Shown: in pieces, positions 25,529 to 38,470 of the stretch
How the letters are laid out: each line of letters starts with the position of its first letter
How positions within the stretch are numbered: the first letter of the stretch is position 1
Assembly (NCBI RefSeq): GCF_009914755.1
Contig: NC_060929.1
Direction: 5' to 3' (one strand)
Length of the DNA: 64,000 nucleotides
Origin: the human T2T-CHM13v2.0 reference genome, Homo sapiens
Program-made: the position numbers and the translations under genes
Notes under the pieces: generated by a model
The model's input: only the letters and a program-made list of their open reading frames with translations
What the model was told of the DNA's origin: nothing
The model's database searches: none

Positions 25529-26599
25529 TAATTCTATTTTGCTTTCTGCTCAGTAAAAATGTTCATAGAACATTGTATTTGATTCCTATTTATTACTTCT
25601 TGACAACAAACACTATCTACTACAGAGTAGCATCATTTATTTCATCCATAGGAGCATTTTATTAGCCTAAAGTATTTAATGATAAAATCAGGCACTTTGA
25701 GGGTTTCATCGATCATATGATGCAGACTGATTTTTACAAACAATTCACGTTACTTCTACTGACAAATTTGCAATGTCACAATTTACCCAGACTCTGCTGC
25801 TTTTATAATAGCTATCTAAAGTATAGGTATGCCCATTCTTAGAATAAATAGAAGACAATTTTCCAAGAATTCAGGGATATCTTAAAACATGTTTGTTACT
25901 TTTCATCACAAAGACTTCTCAAACTTGTTTCATAAAAGTGACAGTGAAATGTGAATATCTTGTAATATCTGGAATGTAAATAGGCATTAGAACTTTTGAA
26001 AGATACGGCATTTTAAATTTAGAGGATTAAGAACTTGAGAAAGAGATTAAAATGATACTGGCCTTAGGCAGCTCATTAATTCTATGCAGATATGGTCTCA
26101 TATGTCCTTCAACAACATATTTGAAATCTTTTAGCTTAAAGTCTTCCTTTATTTTTTGAATAATACGTCATTTGAGAAACATTAGTTCAATATTCCCAAA
26201 ACTGCTGTCTAATATGCTCCAAACTTACTAACACCAAAACAATAAGGAGAAAATGAATAAGCTTTAAATTATATGTCATTTGTTTAGGTAATTCAGTGTG
26301 AAAGATGAAAAGTAACATATTTGAAAAGAAATTTTGTACTAACATATTTTTCCTCATCTTCTCATTTATACAATATTATCTCCAAGGTGATCATAGTATT
26401 AATACATAAATGCCTCTCATTAATCTTCCAATATTTGAAAACTGCTAATTCTTTATATGCTTTGGGGAAAAATGCACAATTCTAAAAATTATTTAATAAA
26501 AAGTCCATACAATCATTTTACTTATTAAACAAGTCAATAGTCTTTGGATATATGCAAAAATAATGAAATAATATGGAATATTTATTCATACTTAGTTTT

Positions 26600-27475
26600 G
26601 AAGTATTGATCTCAATCGGCAATTGTTCCCTAAATTTCAGATTTGTCTATTCAGTTTGAGAGTCAACAGAAAACATGTGATTTACATTTGCAAGTTACCA
26701 CATATAGTGGCTTTTGTAATGACATATATGGTTTAGATGACCCATTTTGTTTTTGCAGTCAGCTCCTCTTCTTTCTCCGTCCTCTGAAACTCCATTGATA
26801 TCTCACACTGATTATTACATTTCCCTGTCAAAAGCCTCCTGTTTCCTCTCTTGTCCTCTAATGTACTATTTTCTACCTGGAGACCAGAATCACTGTATAA
26901 AATTACAGATCACATCACATTTCACCCTGCTAAAATCTCTTCAATAACTTTCATTTCCTTATCATGGTCCTCACAACATTAAGATCTTCTGGTCTACCAT
27001 TAGTACTTTAATTTCACGTATCTAACACCCTCCTCCACTTTAACTATATTTAGGCTGTTTTTCTTTTGGTTTCTTGACCATTTAAAGCATATTCCCACGT
27101 CAGGGCCTTGGGACTAACTGGTGCAGCTGCTGGCATCTTCCTTTAAATGTTTGTGTGACTTGATATTTCATTACAGTCGGGTTATACCTCACCAAATCTC
27201 TCATAGAATTGCCACTTTTGGTATATTTTAACCTCTATAAAATAATATTTCACATATTTATTTCATTTTACTCTATTTGTTCAATTGTATTTATAGGATT
27301 TGAACTGAAATCTTCATATTTACTTACATGTTTACTGATTTTTTTTGTTTCCTCAAGTAGTATGCAAAGCAAGTACATGAAGAGAGATCTTATTGTTTTG
27401 TTTGTCATAAGATCCTAAATATTCAGTCATACATGAAAAGTACTAAGGAAACTCTAAAATAAATGAATGAATCAA
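26600..27475 (+). mobile_element. L2 3' fragments; boundaries approximate
   Basis: cagatcacatcac...ctcagggccttg-like L2 motifs and terminal aataaatgaatgaat. Confidence 0.6.
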
Positions 27476-27976
27476 AATCAAATGACATTATGTATAGATA
27501 ACATAGGTACATTTTAAAAACTGTGTTGAACTTTTGTTCTTTTCTTATTTTGGGTGAGTAGAATAGTTATTATAGATTTTCTTCCAAGAATATATAAATT
27601 GATCATTCATTATAGTAACAATTTTTTTTTAATTTAATGGACAAACAATAGTTTTACATATTTTTATATATAATATTTTCATATAATTATACATGTATGC
27701 ATTGTGGAATTATCAAATCAGGGTAGTTAATTGGTTCATCACCTCAGATATTTGTCATTATACTCCTTGTTTAAACTACTGTGGGATATGATTAATATCT
27801 TGCACAGATTTCAGGCATACATAATTCCAAAAGTCAAATAAATATAATTGAGATAACTAAGATTTATAATGATACAACTGTTTTTGAAAACAATATTCAA
27901 AGGGAACCATTTAAGAAGTATTAGAATCAAGCCTACTAACTAAAGGAAAAATAGAATACCTGATATAAATTCAAGT

Positions 27977-28479
27977 TGAGAAAGAAAAAAAGAAAAAAAA
28001 AACAACAACCTTTTATCTGAGGAATGCAAGCCTCCTGTAAATGATCAGGCCCCTAGAGGCACAGGAATGAGGCAGCCTCATGTCCCAGATGCCGCCTTTA
28101 ACCAAGTTATTCTCTTGAAGCGGTTACTATGTAGACTCTAGACTGACTGTATAAATTACCCAAACCATGCCACATGCTAGACACCATAACTCATACCCTG
28201 TAGTTCAACAATGTGTAGCCAGTCACTGATCAGTATTACTTCTGTAAACCAATAAAAATCCTGACAAACAACTTTGCATCAGCCCACTCCTTGTCTCCCC
28301 TGCTCTTCCACCTACTTTTTTTGGTCTTTGCTACCTGCTTGTAATAAAGGCTGAACTGAACAGGAGCTTATATCCAAGGTTACTTGGATCTGAGTCTTCT
28401 GGGCAATTTTCTTAGATTTAGCTCAAGTAAATTCATTGAAATTATATTTTGTGCCTCAGCTTCTGCCTTTAGGTTGACA
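27977..28479 (+). mobile_element. MER65-like ERV1 solo LTR
   Basis: tgagaaagaaa...ttttatctgaggaatgc start; ends ttaggttgaca; TSD aagt on both sides. Confidence 0.7.
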
Positions 28480-29049
28480 AAGTTTATTTAACTTTGTGAT
28501 ATGTTTAGATTTAGTACTTTTTTCCAAACAAGCAAATGAGTGTTTCCTCCAAAATCAAAGTGCCAATTGCTCTTTTCTCAGATGAAAATTAATTTTCAAA
28601 CAATTTTCCACTGTTACTGAATATCACTTCCCATAATTTTTGTTCTGTAAAATGAGTTAAGCCTGGGAATTCACCTACTATCATTTATTGAACTCTCAGT
28701 ATGCTTGGGAAAATCAACCAAATGTTTTACGTACCATATTTGATTTTATATTTTCATATTCCTGTGAGGTGTTCAAATTAATATTTCAAAGACATAACAC
28801 TGAAAATCATATATTTTAAATTCAATTATACATGATTATCTTTCAGGAAATGAGAAATTAAAACATAGGTCAACATTATTTTAGGCTCATACATGTAACT
28901 TCCTTATGCATTGAGAGAGAAAATTTAAAAAAAAATAATATGAAAGGATATTGTCACTAGCTTTCATTCTTTTTGCTTTTTTACTTCATTTATAAAAACA
29001 TGTATATGGAATAGTACCTAGGGTCAAACAGTGTCAAATATAGTTTTGT

Positions 29050-29281
29050 AGCCAGGCATGTTTGCTCACGAGTGTGATCCTAGCATTTTGGGAAACCAAG
29101 GCAGGAGGGAGGATAACTTGAGGCCAGGAGTTCGAGATCAGCCTGGGCAAAATTGTGAGACTCCTTTTCTGCAAATAATTAATTTATAATATAAACATAA
29201 ATATAAATATAAATACATGTATGTGTGTATATATACACCTGTGTGTATGTGTGTATATATATGTGTATATATATGTGTGTG

Positions 29282-29328
<47 letters not shown>
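29050..29328 (+). mobile_element. FLAM/AluJ monomer with compound (TA)n(TG)n(GA)n tail
   Basis: agccaggcatg...gaggccaggagttcgagatcagcctgggc followed by microsatellites. Confidence 0.8.
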
Positions 29329-29336
<8 letters not shown>

Positions 29337-29599
29337 AATCAATGAATTAAACTCACAAAATCAGATGTCTATGTCCAGCTACAATGGAGTAGCACAGAAT
29401 ACAACACTTGTAGTGAGAATTAAAAAACCTAATTAAGTAAGAAGAAAAGAAAAAAGAGATATGTTCAAACAAATCTGGGAGTTACTGATGAAACCAGGAC
29501 TTAGGGAAACTTCATCTCAGAATGTGGGGCTGCAGCCAATATTTGTTGCTGGGTATTGCTAGTTTGGTTGTGAGGCAAGTTGGATGAAAAGAACCCAGA

Positions 29600-30270
29600 A
29601 TCTCAATGAAACCTCAGCTATAACATGCTCAAAAAGATACAGAAAAAAGATGTAGGAAATATGTTAAAATTGTGAATAATTTTGCCAGATGATTGCAAAA
29701 ATCACATGGAAATTCTATATGTGGAAATTTTAACAGATTAAATTAATGACTCAATGGAGGCATTCAAGAGCAGGTTAGGCATAGCAGAAGACAGTCCAGA
29801 AAACGGAAGATAAAATAATAAGAGATAAATTGAAACAGAGGAAAAAATTTGAAAACACATGAAAGAGCTTAAGAAATAAATAACGTGGAACACGTTGTTT
29901 TTAGAGGTAGATAGAAAAGGATTGGAAAAAAGCTTGTTACAAAAGCAATATTTGGACAAATATTATCTGTGAGTTTTCTGATACTGTTGAGTGATAGAAC
30001 AACAGATTCAAGAAGGATAGACATATAGAAAATTCTTTAGGCACGTCATTGTTAAATTGCTAAATACCAAAGATTAAAAAGAAAATTTGTAAAGTAGCCA
30101 AAGGGGAAAAGAAGACAATTTTCAAAGGGACACTCATAGCCAATTTTATAATAGAATATATTTATATTCATTAGAAAGCAAAATCATATCTTTGAAGTGT
30201 GACAAGGAAAAAAAATTAAAAACCAAGTGTGACAAGGAAAAAAAATAAAAAATCTATACCAAGAATATAA
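29600..30270 (+). mobile_element. Old L1M ORF1 remnant
   Basis: A-rich; gactcaatggaggcattcaagagcaggttaggcatagcagaag is typical of L1 ORF1. Confidence 0.55.
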
Positions 30271-30289
30271 TGTCTACTGAGTTAAATCT

Positions 30290-30880
30290 TCAGAACACAC
30301 TAAGAATAATATCTTTTCTTATATAACCACAGAACCATTATCAACTTCTGACAATTTAGCATTGATGCAACACTCTTGCCTAATCTACTGTTTATATTCT
30401 AATTATGTTATGTGACCCAATGATCTTCTTTACAGTAATTATTTTCCTCCATTACAGGAACAAATCTAAGATCAGGTGTTTTCTTTACTTGTCAATTTCT
30501 TTATTCTTCTTTAATTGCAAAGAATTAGTCTTCCTTGGTCTTTTTGACATTAATTTTTAAAAATAACAAACCCACCTTTTTTACATAAAATATTTCTCAT
30601 TTTCAGTTTTATAATAATTTATTATTATTATATTCAGGGTAGGCATTCCAAGCAAAATACCACATACATGTCATTGTGTCATTCTCAGGGTAAGATATTC
30701 TGAAGCACATGATGTCTATCTACCCTTTTACTGTTACTTTAATCATCTGGTCAAGGCATTGTTCTTCACTGCACAGTTATTATTTCTCTTTGCAACTATA
30801 AAGAAATCTGTATGAGGAAACATTTTAAATCATGTCAGCACACCTCCCCCACCAAGAGATTTAGCCATTATCATGAAGCA
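30290..30880 (-). mobile_element. L1MC-type 3' fragment
   Basis: ataaccacagaaccattatcaac...atcatctggtcaagg motifs. Confidence 0.5.
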
Positions 30881-30949
30881 GACATTATACTTTTTGGCTT
30901 CAATTTTCTAATGTTAATGGACTTAAAAATAGATGTAATCATAAAAGAA

Positions 30950-31165
30950 AGAGTGGAACTCTGGGAGACAGATGTCTGGATTTTATTTCTAACTTCACAA
31001 TTGAAGAGGACAGTGGCTGTGAGCCAAGTATATTTCTTGTTAGTAAAATGCAAATAATAATTACATTTAGTTGATAAGATTATTGTAAGAATTGAATCAG
31101 TCAAAAATACAAAACCGTTAGTAAAATGTATGGGAAGAGTTCTCATTGAATATTAGCACCCATTA
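30950..31165 (+). mobile_element. MIR
   Basis: gtaaaatgcaaataataatt...attgtaagaattgaat core. Confidence 0.55.
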
Positions 31166-31261
31166 TGAATATTATTTCTTTTGTAGTTAGTAAGTTATTT
31201 TATAATTATTACTTTTCCTAAATATTAAAATAATTTGAATTTTTCTTGCATTTTTCCTTTT

Positions 31262-32649
31262 AAAATTTTTTTATTGATACCTGATATTTGTACACATTTA
31301 TGGGTTTCATGTGATATTTTGTTATATGCATAGAATGTATAATGACAAATCAGAATATTTACATATTCATCACCTCAAATAGTTAGCATTTTTAAATGCT
31401 GGGAACATTTCAAGTTCTTTGGTTTAGATATCTCAAAATATACAATACTTTGTTGTTAACTATAGTCACCCTACTCTGCTGTTGAACATTAGAACTTATT
31501 CCTTTTATCTGCTGGTTTGTATGCATTAACCAACCTATCTTCATTCCCTCCCTCACCCCCTATACCTTTTTAGGCCTCTGATATCTATCATTCCACTCTC
31601 TACCTCCATGACATCAGCTTTTTTAGAACTCGTAAGTAAGTGAAAGCATGTGATATTTGCCTTTCTGTGCCTGGCTTATTTCACTTAACAACATGATCTC
31701 CAGTTTCATCCATGTTGCTGCAAATGACATGACTTCATTCTTTTTAGTGGCCAAATAGTATTTCATTTTGCATATATACCAAATTTTGTTTATTTATTCA
31801 TCCATTGATGGACACTTAGGTTGATTTCAAATCTTGGCTCCATTAGTCAGTTCTCACTCTGTATAAGGAAATAGGTGTGATTGGGTAATTTATAAAGAAA
31901 AAAGGTTTAATTGGCTCAGGGTTCTGAAGGCTGTACAGAAAACATGGCAGCAGCTGGTTCCAGGGAGGCCTCAGGGAGCTTTTACCTACAGCAGAAAGCA
32001 AAGCGAGAGAAAGACCATGTCTTACATGGCAGGAGCAGGAGGAAGAGAGAGAAGAGGGAGGTGCAACCCACTTTAAAACAACTAGATCTCAGGGTAACTC
32101 ACTCACTATCACAAGAACAGCACCAAGAGAATGGCGCTAACCCATTCATGAGAATTTCACCCCCATGATTGGGTCACCTCCCACCAGGCCCCACCTGCAA
32201 CACTGGGGGTTTCAATTTGACGAGATGTGGTGGGGACACCGAGCCAAACCATATTCTTGACTATTGTGAATAGTGCTCCAATAAACATGTAAGCACAGGT
32301 ATATTTTTTATATACTGATTTCTATTGGGTAGATACACAATACTGGGATTTCTGGATTGTATGGTACATCCATTTTTGTTTCTTGAAAAATCTCCAAATT
32401 GCTTTTCATAGTGGCTGTGCTAATTTACATTTTTACCAACAGTATATGCATTCCTTTTCTCCACATCCTTGACAACATTGGTTTTTTTTTGTATTTTTAA
32501 TAATAGCCATTCTAACTGGGGTGAGATAGCTCATCATGGTTTTGATTTGTATTTCCTTGATAATTAGTGATGTTGAGCACTTTTTCATAGACCTATTGGT
32601 CAATTGCATGTCTTCTTTTGAGAAACGTCTGTTCATGTTTTTGCCAACT
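31262..32649 (-). mobile_element. L1MA 3' end, split by an MST LTR
   Basis: gttgttaactatagtcaccctac 3'UTR motif; ORF 32433-32813 contains ORF2 C-terminal [11 protein letters not shown]...[10 protein letters not shown]. Confidence 0.9.
31839..32256 (-). mobile_element. MSTA/MSTB solo LTR
   Basis: MST signature; TSD ttggc/ttgac. Confidence 0.88.
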
Positions 32650-32680
32650 CCATACAACCCTGAATGTGCCTGATCTTGTC
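32650..32680 (+). pseudogene. 5S rRNA fragment (nt 9-39)
   Basis: ccatacaaccctgaatgtgcctgatcttgtc is 26/31 to 5S; 4 of the 5 mismatches are CpG transitions; followed by an A-rich tract. Confidence 0.75.
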
Positions 32681-33592
32681 CATTAAAAACAATAACAACA
32701 ACAAACCTAATTGTTGGAAAAGTTTGGTGAATCAAAGTGAGAAAACACAGAGTTACTTCTGTAATGGGAAGTTTGGATACAACATATGATTTACCTAAAT
32801 TAGATAACTTCAAAGAATAACGATTATAAAAGTTGTAATAATATTAATGAGTTAAGTTTTATTTTTTGGAATGCAGTCCTTTTTTATGAATTCCAGTTAT
32901 AAACGTGGGATTTAGTGCTAAATATCATGATCAGACAGCTTTCTCTGGGTTTTCGCTCCATGAACTCTTAATCTTCCAATGCGGAGAAACCTTAATTAAA
33001 ATTTCAACCTATTAGCAATTTTCAATATATTTAATGAGTTGGGCAACTGACATCTCAATATGAAATGGAGCAATTGCATTTAAATAGTATAAAGATGGTT
33101 GCAAAAACTTCTCTTAGGGCTCTTTAGGAATTCTTATAATATAAAGGTCTCATCTCTAGTAAGGTTGAATTTTTGATGTCACAGTTTTCTTAAATGGCCA
33201 TCTTGAATGCTAATTAGAGGTCTTCTTAGTTCATCATTCCAAACAGTATTTCAAATTAGCAAAATTAAATTAAGTCTCTGAGAACACGTTATATACTACT
33301 ACTACTACTGTTTGTTTGTATATTGCAGCCTTTTTTTAACCTTCTACCCATACATATTTTAGGAAAAAATTAAGATTATATAATTTCTTCTGATTTTTTT
33401 CTGGTCTCTGCTATATGATCTAAAAGCATCTAATAAGAATTTATTTTTCATATTGGTCTTGAAGTCTATATAAATAAAATAAGCCTAAAGAATAGTAGTG
33501 ACTGATTTGTTATGAAAAACACTACTGATTGATATTTGAGTATTATAGGACATATGAAATTATATGGGAAATCATTGAACATAGTACCTTGG

Positions 33593-34020
33593 CGATATAG
33601 TTTGGCTGTGTCTCCACCAAAATCTCATCTTGAATTGTATTTCCCATATTCAAGTACCTTGGTGATATAGTTTGGCTGTGTCGCCACCGAAATCTCATCT
33701 TGAATTATATTTCCCATATTCCCCATGTGTCATGGGAAGAACCCAGTGGGAAATAATGGAATCATGGGGGCAGTTACCCTCGTGCTGTTCTCATAATAGT
33801 GAGTTCTCATGAGATACGATGGTTTTGTAAAGGGCTTTCCCCTTCTCTCATCTCTCATTCTTTCTCCTGTCACCCTGTGAAGAGGTGCCTTCCTCCATGA
33901 TTTTAAGTTTCCTGAGGCCTCCCCAGTCATGAGGAACTGTGGGTCAATTAAACCTCTTTTCTTTATGAATTACCCAGTCTCAGGTATCTCTTCATAGAAG
34001 TGTGAGAACGGACTAATACC
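33593..34020 (+). mobile_element. THE1 solo LTR with duplicated 5' end
   Basis: tgatatagtttggctgtgtc...ggactaatac; 70-bp tandem duplication at 33583/33653. Confidence 0.9.
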
Positions 34021-34092
34021 ATTCTAACCATTCAGTGAATGCTAATAGAATATGAATATTTTTAATTTTTTCCCCTTCCATGTGAAACTATT

Positions 34093-34399
34093 TTTTTTTT
34101 TTTTTTTTTTGAGACGGAGTCTCGCTCTGTCGCCCAGGCTGGACTGCGGACTGCAGTGGCGCAATCTCGGCTCACTGCAAGCTCCGCTTCCCGGGTTCAA
34201 CGCCATTCTCCTGCCTCAGCCTCCCCAGTAGCTGGGACTACAGGCGCCCGCCACCGCGCCCGGCTAATTTTTTGTATTTTTAGTAGAGACGGGGTTTCAC
34301 CTTGTTAGCCAGGATGGTCTCGATCTCCTGACCTCATGATCCACCCGCCTCGGCCTCCCAAAGTGCTGGGATTACAGGCGTGAGCCACCGCGCCCGGCC
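34093..34399 (-). mobile_element. AluYb8
   Basis: 7-bp duplication ggactgcggactgcagtgg, plus caccttgttag, ctccgcttccc and cctcatgatcc; CpGs largely intact; TSD gaaactatt. Confidence 0.93.
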
Positions 34400-34914
34400 G
34401 AAACTATTAATTGATATGAAAAACCTCCGCAGAAAGAGAGAAAAGTGATAATGTGGAATCCACATCAAGTTGGTAAACAATTGTGTCCTTTGGGCATATC
34501 TTTTTGGGGAGGAATATGCAAATGAGCAGTTTTAAGAAGAATTAAATAATGCCAGAGAATTAGTTTGCTGAGATTTATTTGGTTTTAACGTATTTTTTCT
34601 TAGCTTCAATCCTAAGCTAAAAGAAAAAAGCTGGAGGTATTACACTACCATACCTCTAAATACACCACAAAGCTTTAGTAACCAGAACACCACAGTGCTT
34701 GCATAAAAACAGACACATAGACCAACAGAACAGAATAGAGAGCTCAGAAATTAATCCACCTGTCTATCGCCAACTTATTTTTGACAAAAGCACCAAGAAT
34801 TCTCTTTGGGAAAAAGACAGTGTCTTCAATAAATGATGCTGGAAATCCGGATGTCCATATGCAGAAAAATGAAACTACCTCTCACCCTATACAAAATATA
34901 TTATATATATAATC

Positions 34915-35145
34915 TGATTTGTAATTCCTTGATAATTAGTGATGTTGAGCACTTTCTCATAGACCTGTTGGTCAACTGTATGTTTTCTTTTGAGAAATGT
35001 CTGTTCATGTTTTTGCCCACTCCATACAATGTGCCTGATCTTGTCCATTAAAAAACAACAACAACAACAACACTAATTGTTTGAAAAGTTTGGTGAATCA
35101 AAGTGAGAAAACACAGAGTTACTTCTGTAATGGGAAGTTTGGATA
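34915..35145 (+). repeat. Direct copy of 32543-32779
   Basis: Near-identical sequence, including the L1/5S junction. Confidence 0.95.
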
Positions 35146-35186
35146 TATAATGAAATATATAATTTCATATGTACTGTTAAAACCGG

Positions 35187-35360
35187 GGGAAAACATGAAA
35201 CATGAAATTGAATGATAGAGCTTTTTATACAGTTTTGCCTATCTCTCTTATTTAACTGACCATATTGATAAAACATTTTATAAATAGACTTAATCAGAAA
35301 TATAGCTTGAACATCACTCTTCAGAATGAGGACAGTAAACTTGGGGAAGGCAGGGTTTAA
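35187..35360 (+). repeat. Direct copy of 37330-37500
   Basis: Near-identical sequence ending ggggaaggcagggtttaa. Confidence 0.95.
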
Positions 35361-37234
35361 CCTCACCTCTTACCCTATTCAAAAATCAATTCAAAATGGA
35401 TCAAAGATCTAAATGTAAGAACCAAAACAATAAATTGATTAGAAGAAGAAATAGGGGTAATTCTTTAGGATAGGAGGTTGGGGAAAATTTTTAAAGCACA
35501 AACAAAAGCAACAATAAACAAATGGGATTATATCAGACAAAACAGCTTCTGGACAAAAAAGAAAACAATCATCAACAGAGTGTGAGGAAACTTTTGTGCA
35601 CTCATTTAACAGGGGCTTAATATCCAGAATATACAGAATATACAAGAAACTGAAGCATCTCAACAGTAAAAAAAAAAAAAAAATAGAGAAAGAAAGAAAT
35701 CTGATTTAAAAATGGCAAATGATCATAATAGATATTTCTCTAAAGAAGACCTACAAGTGACCAAAAAATATATGAAAAAATGCTCAACATCATTAATTAA
35801 CAGGCAAATGCAACTTAAAACCACAAGAAGTATCATCTCTCCCCATTTAGGATGGCTAATATTAGAAGAAAAAAAAAACAACCTAAATTAACAAATGGTG
35901 GTGAAGATGCAGAGAAAAGGAGATTCATACACTCTTGGCGAGAATGTAAACTAGCACAGCCACTATGAAGAATAGTATGGAGTGTCCTCAAAACCACTAC
36001 AAATAGAACTACCATATAATCCAGCAATCCCATTACTGGGAATTTATTCAAAGGAAAGGAAATCATTATGTTGAAGAGACATCTGTACCCTCCTCATGTT
36101 TACTGCAGCACTATCCACAATAGCCAAGATATAGAATCAACCTATGTGTCCAACAACAGATGAATGGATACAGAAAACGTGGCATATATACACAGTGGAG
36201 TACTATTCAGCCATAAAAAAGAATGGGATCCTGTCATTTGTGGCAAGTGGATGGAACTGGGAAACATGTTAGTGAAATAAGCCATGAATAGAAAGTTAAA
36301 CATCTTACATGTTCTCACTCATATGCAGAAGCTAAAAATGTTGATCTCCTAGATGTAAAAAGTAGAACAGAGGCTGAGGATGGTAGGGGAAAGGTGAGGA
36401 TAGGGAGAGATTTGTTAAAAGATACAAAATTACATCTAGATTGGAGAAATAATTTTGAGTGTTCTATAGCACTATAGGATGACTATAGTTAACAGTTATG
36501 CACTTCATAGTTTCAAATAGCTAGAAGGAGGTTATGGAATATTCCCAGCACAAAGAAATGATAAGTGTTTGAGATTATCAATATGCTAAACATCCTGATC
36601 TGATCACCCATTATATATATTGAAACATTACTATGTACACCATGAATATATACAGTTATTTGTCAATTAAAATATTTTACAAATTAAAAATAAATACAAA
36701 TTTTAAAATAAAGACTATGAGGCAAAAGTAAAGTGGAAAATATATAGATAAATATGACATAAAGATAGTATTCTTAAGTCAGCCTGCTATAAATGTTGTG
36801 TTCATTTAATGATTTTTAAATGTTTAAATAATTTATTAAATATTTCAGTTTCCAGAAAAATAAAAGCATAAACAACACTGTGTGCCACTACTCATCTCTC
36901 TCAATTTCTAACATTCAGTCATACATGCTTCAGTTTAAAAAAATGCATGTGAAACCTGCTGTATTCCTCTTCCTAATTCCATTTTATTAAATTGAAACAA
37001 ATAGAGAATTTTAAGATGGCATTCGTTGTATTGTTTCTAATATTTACCATATGCAGTTCTATTCTTGTGATCTAATATTTTCCCAGTATCTGTTGCTTTA
37101 TATGTGCTTGTATGACTCAGAAAAAGAAAAACAAGCATGCATGTGGATTTCTTGCCTTTGCATGGAAAGGAAAATGCAGTAATGTTTGATGGAAACCTGT
37201 GACACATCAGATACCAACATTTGCTATTTATGGA

Positions 37235-37357
37235 TCTGTTGATTCCTTGTATCAGGGACATTTAGTCAATATAAGTGAAACAGATATCTTCTACCATGTG
37301 CATGACAAAGCAGAAAAAGTTCGTTTCATGGGAAAATAAACATGAAATTGAAAGATA
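37235..37357 (+). repeat. 123-bp direct copy of 38160-38282
   Basis: gaaacagatatcttctaccatgtgcatgacaaag shared exactly. Confidence 0.95.
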
Positions 37358-37999
37358 GAGCTTTTTATACAGCTTTGCGTCTCTCTCTTATTTAATTGAC
37401 TATATTGATAAAACATTTTCTAAATGGACTTAATCAGAAATATAGCTTGAACATCACTCTTCAGAATGAGGACAGTAAACCTGGGGAAGGCAGGGTTTAA
37501 TCTGGTCTATCTATATGCTTTTCTTAGTCTGAATGACGTCCCAAATTGAATCATTCAACATTTGCCCCTCCCAGTTATGTTAACAGCATGCTGATTCAAT
37601 TATTTATTCTCTGTTCTTGGTTCCTGAAATCATTTGACTCAGTTATTTTTGGTTGAGAGTGAGACAATCTACATTAAAATATAACAAGGATAAAATGAAT
37701 GAAATTGTCCCTTAAATATTCACTTAGATTAATTCCATAGGCTTTTGGCTTTATTCAAGGGGAGAAAATATAGCGGCGTAAGTAAATATTTCTGGAATAC
37801 TTTTAAATTATTTAGGTCTTTAAGTGAGTATCACTACATACCCCATTTTCTGTGGTATATCCTGAACAAGGTAGTATTTTAGTTTAAACAGCATCCTGAG
37901 TGCATCTATTATTTTCAGCAATTTCTGTTACAAAATTCCTCTGAAAGCTGCTCTTCAGAATGTACTTTGAAATAAATAAATAACATCTAAATATTTTCC

Positions 38000-38470
38000 A
38001 GGTTAAAACACGCTTTCTCCTAGTTCCTATAGGTGATTGCAGAAGGCCATATTTTTACTATTTGACTCCACTTAACCTGACCATAGCTGACGAGACAAGA
38101 GGTCGACATTGACTCAAGAAAAGTACCCCTTTCTTGGTAATTTGGAATTTAGGTTGGTCTCTGCTGATTCCTTGGATCAGAGACATTTAGACAATATAAC
38201 TGAAACAGATATCTTCTACCATGTGCATGACAAAGTAGAAAGAGTTCATTCCATGGGAAAATAAACATGAAATTGAAAGATACAAAAAAAAATCAGAGCT
38301 AAGAAGCCAGGTTTTGAAAATGACACAAAAGTACTCTATAACTTGGATGCTGGGTTTACTTTCTATTTTAAACCTGGAGAATGTACGTCCTTGTGTTTTC
38401 CAGAATGAAATGTGATTATTATTTAAATCAGTCTAAGTAAGTTTTATCAATTGAAACCAAATGATCCTTC
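38000..38470. mobile_element. Probable old MLT1-type MaLR LTR; boundaries approximate
   Basis: Weak motif resemblance only. Confidence 0.35.

Larger units (their letters stand above)
34608..36710 (+). mobile_element. L1MA ORF2 3' part plus 3'UTR, interrupted at 34897-35360
   Basis: aatcctaagc...agctggagg...acagacacatagaccaa; 3'UTR gactatagttaac; A-rich end. Confidence 0.9.
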
